From an uncultured Gemmatimonadaceae bacterium (lineage in GTDB: Bacteria; Gemmatimonadota; Gemmatimonadetes; Gemmatimonadales; Gemmatimonadaceae), in NCBI GenBank assembly GCA_963761305.1, contig CAVXGK010000002.1:2496001-2560000 (forward strand): DNA of 64,000 bases, read 5' to 3'. Within the stretch, counting starts at the first letter, position 1; the number at the start of each line of letters is the position of its first letter. Below the pieces are notes generated by a model, which searched no databases, was not told where the DNA came from, and was given only the letters and a program-made list of their open reading frames with translations. The position numbers and the translations under genes are program-made. This document shows, one piece after another, positions 56,843 through 64,000 of this stretch.

Positions 56843-57811
56843 CTACTGCGGGTGTGTGGTCGGCACAGGTGCGGTTGTGTGATCCGGGCGATTTTTGCGG
56901 CGGCGCCATTGCTCCGAAAGCGCGCCCCATGAGCGAGACGCTTCCGCGAAAGTCGCGAACCAGCCCGGATTCCGCGTTGCGCGCTGCCAGACATATCGCG
57001 CGTGCAGAAGCACCGTGCTTAGTAGCAGCCAGCGCGACACTCCAAAGATGAAGTTGACTCCCTCACTCTTCCCGGCCAGGCGCACGCGGGTGACACCCTG
57101 ACCGATGTAGTTCCGTCGAACCAGGTCGAGCGTAAGGTTTTCCGGGCCGACTACGTGCTGCACTTGCGCGGTGGGAACCCATACCCCGTGGCGTCCAGCC
57201 TTCTCCAGCGTCTCACAGAACACCTCGTCCGAGCGGTCGGTGCGTTCCTTTCCGTTGCGCCCGATGTCGGCCCGGAAGCTGGCGCCCTCCAGCGCGCTGC
57301 GGCGGACCGCCATGCAACCACCCCACGGCCACTCGCCAGGTTGCATGACCCGCTCCGGCCCACCAAGGTCGTGGGCCTCGCCCACGAATGTGTGGAGGAA
57401 CCTGTCGTTCGCTCGAAACCACGCCGGCGGTTCGCTCTCGTAGAGCGGCTCTATGACGCCGCCGAAGAAGCTCGCGTCCGGCCAACGATCCGCGGCGGCG
57501 GCGAAAGCCGCCAGCCAGTCCGGGTCGACGAGGACGTCGTCGTCGGTGAAGATGAGCAGGTCGCCGAGCGCGGCCCGCAGCGCGCGGTTCCTCGCATGTG
57601 AGACACCCTGGAGCGGTTGAGAGAGCCGAACGATCGGCAACCGATCTTCGTACGACCGGATGATCGCCGGGGTCTCATCAGTGCAGTTGTTCTCAACGAT
57701 CAACAGCTCCCACTCGAACCCCGGCGGAACGTGGATCTGGCACAATCCTTCGAGGGTTCTATCCAGGATCTTCGCTCGATTCCAGGTACAGATCACAACC
57801 GAGACGTGCAC
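56843..57811 (-). CDS. Glycosyltransferase family 2 (tandem paralog B)
   Basis: GTG start with GGAGG RBS. Colinear and highly similar to paralog A. Confidence 0.92.
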   Translation of the reverse strand: MHVSVVICTWNRAKILDRTLEGLCQIHVPPGFEWELLIVENNCTDETPAIIRSYEDRLPIVRLSQPLQGVSHARNRALRAALGDLLIFTDDDVLVDPDWLAAFAAAADRWPDASFFGGVIEPLYESEPPAWFRANDRFLHTFVGEAHDLGGPERVMQPGEWPWGGCMAVRRSALEGASFRADIGRNGKERTDRSDEVFCETLEKAGRHGVWVPTAQVQHVVGPENLTLDLVRRNYIGQGVTRVRLAGKSEGVNFIFGVSRWLLLSTVLLHARYVWQRATRNPGWFATFAEASRSWGALSEQWRRRKNRPDHTTAPVPTTHPQ

Positions 57812-57923
57812 GGTAAGGTCCTCCACCGCCCGATTCAAACTGGTGGCCGGCGGTGCGTCCGTCGCACTCGCATCTCGGCCGTAACCGTCGTCGCCGCACT
57901 GCCGGGGAACGATCAAACCCGTC

Positions 57924-57957
57924 GACAATCACATCCGTCTGACAATCACATCCGTCT
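57924..57957 (+). repeat. Perfect 17-bp tandem duplication
   Basis: GACAATCACATCCGTCT x2. Confidence 0.92.
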
Positions 57958-58068
57958 ATGGTGCCCTCGCCCACGTCCGCGCAGTGACGCGCGACACTAC
58001 CAGTCATTAGATGGGAATCTTAGCCTAGTGCGGTCGAGGGACGGAGCGATTCGCATATATTTCCGCCC

Positions 58069-58554
58069 ATGCGAGCGATTCTGCTCATCGACCACGGCTC
58101 CGTGAAGCCCGAGGCCAACCACATGGTCTCGTGCATGGCCAACCTGGTCCAGAACGTCGTCGGCGACAGCGTGGTTGTCCGACACGCCCACATGGAGCTC
58201 GCCGAGCCGTCCATCGCCGCCGGATTCGCGGAATGCGTCCGCGCCGGCGCGACCGAAGTGATCGCGTTTCCATATATGCTGTCGCCGGGGAAGCACGTCA
58301 CCCGCGACGTCCCGAGGCTGGTCGCCGAGGCCGCTCGCGAGTTTCCGAGCGTCTCCCACCGGGTGACGGATGCGTTCGGCGTGCACGAAAAGCTCGCCGA
58401 ACTGATCGCCCTGCGCGCCGGAATCGACGTCGCCCACAACATCGAAGCAGCCGAAGCGTGCCGCTGCTGGGAGCCGAACGGTCAGGTTGGCTCGTGCGGG
58501 GCCGCCTGCGCCGCGCGTGCCACGCCGAGTGTTCCGCTCGAGCGCTCGGCGTAG
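58069..58554 (+). CDS. CbiX/SirB-type chelatase-like protein (short form) with a Cys-rich tail
   Basis: LLIDHGS, AHMELAEPSI and PYMLSPGKHVTRDVP. Confidence 0.85.
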   Translation: MRAILLIDHGSVKPEANHMVSCMANLVQNVVGDSVVVRHAHMELAEPSIAAGFAECVRAGATEVIAFPYMLSPGKHVTRDVPRLVAEAAREFPSVSHRVTDAFGVHEKLAELIALRAGIDVAHNIEAAEACRCWEPNGQVGSCGAACAARATPSVPLERSA

Positions 58555-58569
58555 AAGATTCTACCCGCC

Positions 58570-59730
58570 ATGACGCTCGCCACCGCCCACGCACCGCTGA
58601 CGATCCTCTCCGACGACGAAGCGGCGTTTCGCGACGCCGTCGCCGGATTCGCGAACGACGAGGTTCGGCCGCGGGTGCAGCAGATGGAACGCGACGGAAA
58701 ACTCGACAGCGCGCTGATCAGAAAGTTCTTCGAGATGGGGCTGATGGGGATCGAAGTCCCCGAGGAATTCGGCGGCGCGGCCGGCTCGCTCGCGATGGTG
58801 GCGATCGGCGTCGAAGAGATCAGCAAGGTCGACCCCGCGGCGGCGATTCTGATGGACGTTCAGAATACACTGGTCAACTACCCCATCCGCTCGTACGGCA
58901 GCGACTACCTCAAGTCGACGTATCTGCCGCGCCTCACGTCGGAGAGCGTCGGCGCGTACGCGCTCTCGGAGCCGTCGTCGGGTTCCGACGCGTTCGGGAT
59001 GCAGACGCGCGCTGAGAAGCGCGGCTCCTGCTGGGTGCTCACCGGTCGCAAGATGTGGATCACGAACGGCGCCGAGGCGGAAGTTTACGTCGTCTTCGCC
59101 AACGCGAATCCGTCGGCCGGCTACAAGGGCATCACCGCGTTCATCGTCGAGCGCGATTTCAAGGGATTCAGCGTCGGCAAGAAAGAGGACAAACTCGGCA
59201 TTCGCGCGTCGAGCACCACGGAGCTCATTCTCGACGACGTCGAAGTGCCCGAACAGAACGTGCTCGGTCCGGTGGGCCAGGGCTACAAGATCGCCATCGA
59301 GACGCTGAACGAAGGACGCATCGGCATCGGCGCGCAGATGATCGGCGTCTCGGCCGGCGCGCTGAATGCGGCGACCGAGTACGTGAAGGAGCGGATGCAG
59401 TTCGGAAAAAAGCTCTGCGACTTCCAGGGAATCCAGTTCCAGCTCGCGCAGGCCCGCACCGAGCTGGAGGCGGCGCGACTCATGGTCTACAACGCCGCGC
59501 GGCTCAAGGACGCCGGCCACGACATCGCGATGGAAGGCGCGATGGCCAAGCTCTTCGCGTCGCAGGTGGCCGAGCGCGTGACATCCGTGTCGCTCGAGCT
59601 GTTCGGTGGATACGGATATACAAAGGACTACCCGGCCGAGAAGTTCTACCGCGACGCGAAGATCGGCGCCATTTACGAGGGCACGAGCAACATGCAGCTG
59701 CAGACCATCGCGAAAGCGATGCTGCGCTGA
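58570..59730 (+). CDS. Acyl-CoA dehydrogenase (short/branched-chain type)
   Basis: [24 protein letters not shown] and IYEGTSNMQ. Confidence 0.95.
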   Translation: MTLATAHAPLTILSDDEAAFRDAVAGFANDEVRPRVQQMERDGKLDSALIRKFFEMGLMGIEVPEEFGGAAGSLAMVAIGVEEISKVDPAAAILMDVQNTLVNYPIRSYGSDYLKSTYLPRLTSESVGAYALSEPSSGSDAFGMQTRAEKRGSCWVLTGRKMWITNGAEAEVYVVFANANPSAGYKGITAFIVERDFKGFSVGKKEDKLGIRASSTTELILDDVEVPEQNVLGPVGQGYKIAIETLNEGRIGIGAQMIGVSAGALNAATEYVKERMQFGKKLCDFQGIQFQLAQARTELEAARLMVYNAARLKDAGHDIAMEGAMAKLFASQVAERVTSVSLELFGGYGYTKDYPAEKFYRDAKIGAIYEGTSNMQLQTIAKAMLR

Positions 59731-60701
59731 TGAAAGCGATCCGCGTCCACGAGAAGGGCGGACGCGAGGTCCTGCATCTCGAGAACGTCGACGTGCCGGT
59801 GCCGGGACCGGGCGAGCTTCTGATCGACGTCGAAGCGACCGGAATCAATTTCATCGACGTCTACAATCGGGAAGGCTGGTACTCGGTCACGCATCCGTTC
59901 ACGCTCGGCTCGGAGGCGGCCGGTGTGGTCCGGACGATCGGCGCCGGCGTGAACGGCTTCAAGGTCGGCGACCGAATCGTATCGCAGGGTGTTCGCGGAT
60001 CGTACGCCGAGAGCGCTGTCGTTCCCGCGGCGACGGCCGTGGTCCTTCCCGATGGGTTCCCGTCGAAGGTTGCCGCCGCGATGTGGCTCCAAGGCCTGAC
60101 CGCGCACTACTTGTCGACGTCTCTCTTTCCGCTGGCGCGGGGACATCGCGCGCTCGTGCACGCGGCGGCCGGTGGAGTTGGCTTGCTCTTGTGCCAGATG
60201 GCGAAACGGCGCGGCGCGATCGTGATCGGAACGGCGTCGACACCGGAAAAGCGCGCGCTGGCGACGGACGCCGGTGCGGACGAAGTCATCGACTACACGA
60301 CGCAGGATTTCGTGGTGGAGACGCGCCGCATCACCGACGGCGCGGGCGTGCACGTCGTCTACGATTCGGTGGGGCTGACGACGTTCGACAAATCGCTCGA
60401 CTGCCTGATGCCGCGCGGCATGATGGCGCTGTTCGGACAATCGAGCGGCCGAGTGCCGCCGTTCGATCCGCAGATCCTCAACCGGAAGGGGTCGCTCTTC
60501 CTCACTCGGCCCACACTCGGCCACTACGTCGCGACGCGCGACGAGCTCGAGCAGCGCGCCAAGGACCTGTTCGATTGGGTCAACCGCGGCTTGCTCCACG
60601 TGCACGTCGGCGCGGAGTTTCCGCTGTCGCGCGCCGCCGACGCGCACGCGGCGCTCGAAGGGCGAAAAACGACGGGCAAGGTATTGCTCTTGCCGGACTG
60701 A
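59730..60701 (+). CDS. qor: NADPH:quinone oxidoreductase (zeta-crystallin type)
   Basis: [36 protein letters not shown] and GSLFLTRP. Confidence 0.9.
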   Translation: MKAIRVHEKGGREVLHLENVDVPVPGPGELLIDVEATGINFIDVYNREGWYSVTHPFTLGSEAAGVVRTIGAGVNGFKVGDRIVSQGVRGSYAESAVVPAATAVVLPDGFPSKVAAAMWLQGLTAHYLSTSLFPLARGHRALVHAAAGGVGLLLCQMAKRRGAIVIGTASTPEKRALATDAGADEVIDYTTQDFVVETRRITDGAGVHVVYDSVGLTTFDKSLDCLMPRGMMALFGQSSGRVPPFDPQILNRKGSLFLTRPTLGHYVATRDELEQRAKDLFDWVNRGLLHVHVGAEFPLSRAADAHAALEGRKTTGKVLLLPD

Positions 60702-60794
60702 TTCGCGCCGCGAAACCATCCGTTCGCGGTTGGGGTATGTGCGAACAGTGATGTAGTGGTCTTCTCGTCGGGCCGTTCGGGGGGGGAAGGAATC

Positions 60795-61631
60795 GTGCGC
60801 GTCCGCCTCATTGTTGGATCAGTTGCAGGGTTCGCAGCCGCCGCGGCGATCGCGGCATCGCCCGCCCGCGTTTCCGCGCAGTCGTCTCACACGATCGTCC
60901 AGGTGACGGCGCGCGATTCGAGCGGGGCCCCGATCGCGAACGCCGAGCTGGCGGTGATGCGCGGGCTGCACGACGTGCTTGCTCACGCCAACACGGATTC
61001 GACCGGGCATGGCACGCTGACCGTCGACGATTTGCGAGACTCGACCGATCTGCAGGTCGTGATGCGCAAGATCGGCTATCAGCGCGGCGACCGCTTCTTC
61101 ACGGCGTTGCCGCACGACAGCGTCGCGCTCAAGATCGTCGTCGGGCCCGTCCCGGCCAAGCTGGCCGCGATGGAGGTGAACGCGTCGACCGATCTCAAAT
61201 GGAAGAGCTATCACCTCGACGCCGACGACATCGCCAACGCCGGCATGCCGTTGAGCGACGGGTGGGACGTCGTAAAGCGGCTTCGGCCGGACATCCTGAC
61301 GAGCCGCGGTGGCTGCGCGACGGGCGTACAGGAGGTGTGGATCAACGGCAAGCGAATCGTGCTGCCGTTGCTGCCGATCGGGATGGCGAAGGCCAGAGAG
61401 CGCATCGGCGTTCCGGCGAGGGCGCGCTTCAGCTACGTCCCGGTGTCGGTGCTCTCCGACATTCCGCCGGAGCACATCCAGGAGATGACGTACCACGACT
61501 GCTTCGACTCGTCGATGGCGGCGGTGGGAAGCGTGAACGCGCTGTTCGTCACGCTCAAGCCGGGTGTGGCGTACGTCCAGGACGTCGGTAGTTTCGTAAT
61601 CGACTCGGGGAGCGACAAGAAAACCAATTAG
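60795..61631 (+). CDS. Hypothetical secreted protein with a carboxypeptidase-regulatory-like domain and a plug-like domain
   Basis: Signal peptide ending VSA-Q, RDSSGAPIANAEL...TDSTG...RKIGY, and LSDIPPEHIQEMTY. Confidence 0.65.
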   Translation: MRVRLIVGSVAGFAAAAAIAASPARVSAQSSHTIVQVTARDSSGAPIANAELAVMRGLHDVLAHANTDSTGHGTLTVDDLRDSTDLQVVMRKIGYQRGDRFFTALPHDSVALKIVVGPVPAKLAAMEVNASTDLKWKSYHLDADDIANAGMPLSDGWDVVKRLRPDILTSRGGCATGVQEVWINGKRIVLPLLPIGMAKARERIGVPARARFSYVPVSVLSDIPPEHIQEMTYHDCFDSSMAAVGSVNALFVTLKPGVAYVQDVGSFVIDSGSDKKTN

Positions 61632-61652
61632 CGCTGACGCGCCGGTGAATCC

Positions 61653-63341
61653 GTGATCGACGACCGCGACGACCAGTCAACCATCAGCCGTCGCGGTTTC
61701 GTCGGCTCGACCATCGCCGCCGCGGCGGCGCTCGGATGCGGCAAGGTCGATGCGGCGGCCGACGCGCAGATCGGCGTCGCCAACGCAGCCGGCGTTCCAC
61801 CGCAGGTCCCGGCGTTCGCGCTCGACGAGCTGACGATCGACGACCTGCAAGCGCGAATGAAGTCGGGTCAGGACACGGCGCAAGCGCTCCTGCGCCAGTA
61901 CCTCACGCGAATCGACCAGATCGATCAGCGCGGCCCGGCGATCAACGCCGTGATCGAGCTCAATCCCGAAGCGTTCTCGATCGCGCAACTGCGCGACGAC
62001 GAGCGCAAAGCCGGCAAGACGCGCGGTCCGCTCCACGGCATCCCGGTGCTGATCAAGGACAACATCGACACGGCCGACCGGATGCACACCAGCGCCGGCT
62101 CGCTGGCGTTGGCGTCGCACATCGCGGCGAAGGATTCGTGGGTCGCCGAGCGGTTGCGCGCGGCCGGCGCGGTGATCATCGGCAAGACCAACTTGAGCGA
62201 GTGGGCCAACTTTCGGTCGACGCATTCGTCGAGCGGGTGGAGCGGCCGCGGTGGACAGACGCACAACCCGTACGTACTGGACCGAACGCCGTCGGGGTCG
62301 AGCTCCGGCTCCGGTGCGGCCGCCGCCTCGAACTGCTGTGCCATCGCCATCGGCACGGAAACCGACGGTTCGGTGACGTCGCCGTCGGCCGCGTCGGCGC
62401 TGGTCGGCATCAAACCGACCGTCGGATTGATCGGGCGCTCGGGCATCGTTCCGATCGCGCACAGCCAGGACACGGCCGGCCCGATGGCTCGCACGGTTCG
62501 CGACGCCGCGATTCTCCTCGGCGCGCTCACCGGCGTGGATCCGCGCGACGCCGCGACGCGCGCGAGCGCCGGTCATTCACAGACGGACTATACGACGGCG
62601 CTGAACAAGGACGGCCTGCGCGGCGCACGCATCGGCGTCGCTCGCAAGCACTACACCGGGTACTCGCCGGAGACCGACAAGGTGTTCGCCGCCGCGCTCG
62701 ACCTGATCCGCCAGCAAGGCGCGACGATCGTCGATCCGGCCGACATCGAGACCGCCGGCAAGACCGACGACTCCGAGTTCGAGCTTCTGCTCTACGAGTT
62801 CAAGGCCGATCTCAACGCGTATCTCGCCGGGGTCGAACCGACTGTCGGGATCAAGTCGCTGGCCGACGTGATGGCCTTCAACACGAAGAACGCGTCGCGC
62901 GAGCTACGCTACTTCGGCCAGGAGATCATGGAGCAGGCGGACAAGAAGGGTCCGCTCACCGAGAAGAAGTATCTCGACGATCTCGCCAACAACCGCCGCT
63001 TGATGGGCGCGCAGGGCATCGACGCGACGATCGCGAAGCACAAGCTCGACGCCATCGTCGCGCCGACGCAGGGACCGGCGTGGCTGATCGATCTCGTCAA
63101 CGGCGACGCGGGCGGCGGCGGATCGTTCACAGCGCCGGCGGCGGTCGCCGGCTATCCGCACGTGACCGTGCCGATGGGGCAGGTGCACGGGCTACCTGTC
63201 GGGCTGTCGTTCGTCGGCCGCGCGTGGAGCGAGGCGACGCTGCTCAAGCTCGCGTACGCGTTCGAGCAGGCGGCTCCGGCGCGAAAGAAGCCGACGTTCG
63301 CGGAGACGGTGGCGATCGGGGATACGAGGCGCGGAGCGTGA
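61653..63341 (+). CDS. Amidase signature family enzyme with a Tat signal
   Basis: SRRGFVG, GPLHGIPVLIKDNIDT, GSSSGS and GTETDGS. Confidence 0.93.
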   Translation: MIDDRDDQSTISRRGFVGSTIAAAAALGCGKVDAAADAQIGVANAAGVPPQVPAFALDELTIDDLQARMKSGQDTAQALLRQYLTRIDQIDQRGPAINAVIELNPEAFSIAQLRDDERKAGKTRGPLHGIPVLIKDNIDTADRMHTSAGSLALASHIAAKDSWVAERLRAAGAVIIGKTNLSEWANFRSTHSSSGWSGRGGQTHNPYVLDRTPSGSSSGSGAAAASNCCAIAIGTETDGSVTSPSAASALVGIKPTVGLIGRSGIVPIAHSQDTAGPMARTVRDAAILLGALTGVDPRDAATRASAGHSQTDYTTALNKDGLRGARIGVARKHYTGYSPETDKVFAAALDLIRQQGATIVDPADIETAGKTDDSEFELLLYEFKADLNAYLAGVEPTVGIKSLADVMAFNTKNASRELRYFGQEIMEQADKKGPLTEKKYLDDLANNRRLMGAQGIDATIAKHKLDAIVAPTQGPAWLIDLVNGDAGGGGSFTAPAAVAGYPHVTVPMGQVHGLPVGLSFVGRAWSEATLLKLAYAFEQAAPARKKPTFAETVAIGDTRRGA

Positions 63342-63349
63342 GCGCGCGT

Positions 63350-63467
63350 GGGGCGGTGGACCGGTGGACCGGAAAGGCTAACGGCGTGAAACGAGACATC
63401 AGACATCTGACGTCAGATGTCGCGCGTCTCCACCCGTCCACCCGTCCACCCGTCCACCCGTCCACCC
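63350..63467. repeat. Composite intergenic repeat: inverted octamer arrays around heptamer repeats
   Basis: GGTGGACC x2, then AGACATC/AGACATC/TGACGTC/AGATGTC, then (CACCCGTC)x4. Confidence 0.85.
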
Positions 63468-63483
63468 AGTCTCACCCCTTGCC

Positions 63484-63517
63484 CTTCTACAAGACAGACC
63501 CTAGTCTCTTGTAGAAG
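63484..63517 (+). promoter_or_regulatory. Palindromic operator candidate upstream of padR
   Basis: CTTCTACAAGA-N12-TCTTGTAGAAG, a perfect 11-bp inverted repeat 16 bp before the start codon. Confidence 0.65.
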
Positions 63518-63533
63518 CGCACAGGGAGCCTCG

Positions 63534-63866
63534 TTGGCCGACGACCGACTCGATCTTCCGCAGGGGACGCTCGATCTCTTGATCCTCAAAGCGCTCTCGC
63601 TCGGGGCGATGCACGGCTGGGCGATCTCCGAGCGCATCCACGACGTGTCGCGCGCGACGCTGCAGATCCCGCAAGGATCGCTCTACCCCGCGCTGCACCG
63701 CCTCGAGCGCCGTGGCCGGATCCGCGCCGAGTGGGGCGCGTCCGACAACAACCGCAAGGCGAAGTACTACGAGCTCACCAAGGTGGGCCGCAAACAGCTC
63801 GCCACCGAAGCCGACGATTGGGCGCGCCTCACCGCCGCCGTCGCGCTCGTGCTGCGCATGGACTGA
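63534..63866 (+). CDS. PadR family transcriptional regulator (acidobacterial type)
   Basis: LPQGTLDLLILKAL, HGWAI, QGSLYPALHRLE and NNRKAKYYELT. TTG start with GGGAG RBS. Confidence 0.93.
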   Translation: MADDRLDLPQGTLDLLILKALSLGAMHGWAISERIHDVSRATLQIPQGSLYPALHRLERRGRIRAEWGASDNNRKAKYYELTKVGRKQLATEADDWARLTAAVALVLRMD

Positions 63867-63890
63867 TCCTCCGCCTCGTCTGGAGTACGC

Positions 63891-64000
63891 ATGCTCATTG
63901 AATTCTGGAACGACCTGCGCTTTCGCCTGCGCGCGCTGTTTCGGCGCGCGGACGTCGAGGGCGAGCTGAACGACGAAGTACGATTTCACATCGAGCGCGA
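63891..64000 (+). CDS. ADOP-type ABC permease, N-terminus (runs off the window)
   Basis: MLIEFWNDLRFRLRALFRRADVEGELNDEVRFHIER, the permease prefix domain, directly after padR. Confidence 0.8.
   Translation, partial: MLIEFWNDLRFRLRALFRRADVEGELNDEVRFHIER

Noticed and set aside
55612..57811. Diversity-generating retroelement template/variable repeat pair
   Set aside because: Differences are spread over whole genes and are not adenine-specific, and there is no reverse transcriptase.
1..64000. tRNA, rRNA, integrase, transposase or prophage genes
   Set aside because: None recognised by eye. A tRNAscan/Infernal run would be needed to exclude small RNAs fully.

Overview
High-GC chromosomal DNA whose gene content suggests Gemmatimonadota (inferred from PadR/ADOP pairs and lineage-typical hypothetical proteins, not from a database search). 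It carries about 60 CDS: peptide ABC transporter genes, aroB, a SigA-family sigma factor, glcDEF, a frameshifted molybdopterin oxidoreductase, a separated AAA-ATPase/VWA pair, three PadR plus duplicated-permease (ADOP) modules, CopCD, a Ni/Co permease, short MutY, gltA, metH-yitJ, a CDP-sugar/glycosyltransferase cluster and several hydrolases. I found no rRNA, tRNA, CRISPR, transposase or integrase. The best candidate for an undescribed system is the 29.6-33.7 kb module. There, an orphan helical-protein gene and an ECF sigma/mini anti-sigma/membrane-protein operon diverge across a 21-bp-period array of self-complementary units and a 52-bp near-perfect palindrome. Other highlights are a SAM-II riboswitch with an intrinsic terminator before metH, a tandem duplication of a GT2 gene with its ~200-bp conserved intergenic element, paralog-specific PadR operators and several REP/MITE-like intergenic repeats. 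Three single-base indels (about 15008, 31973 and 39897) may be assembly errors.
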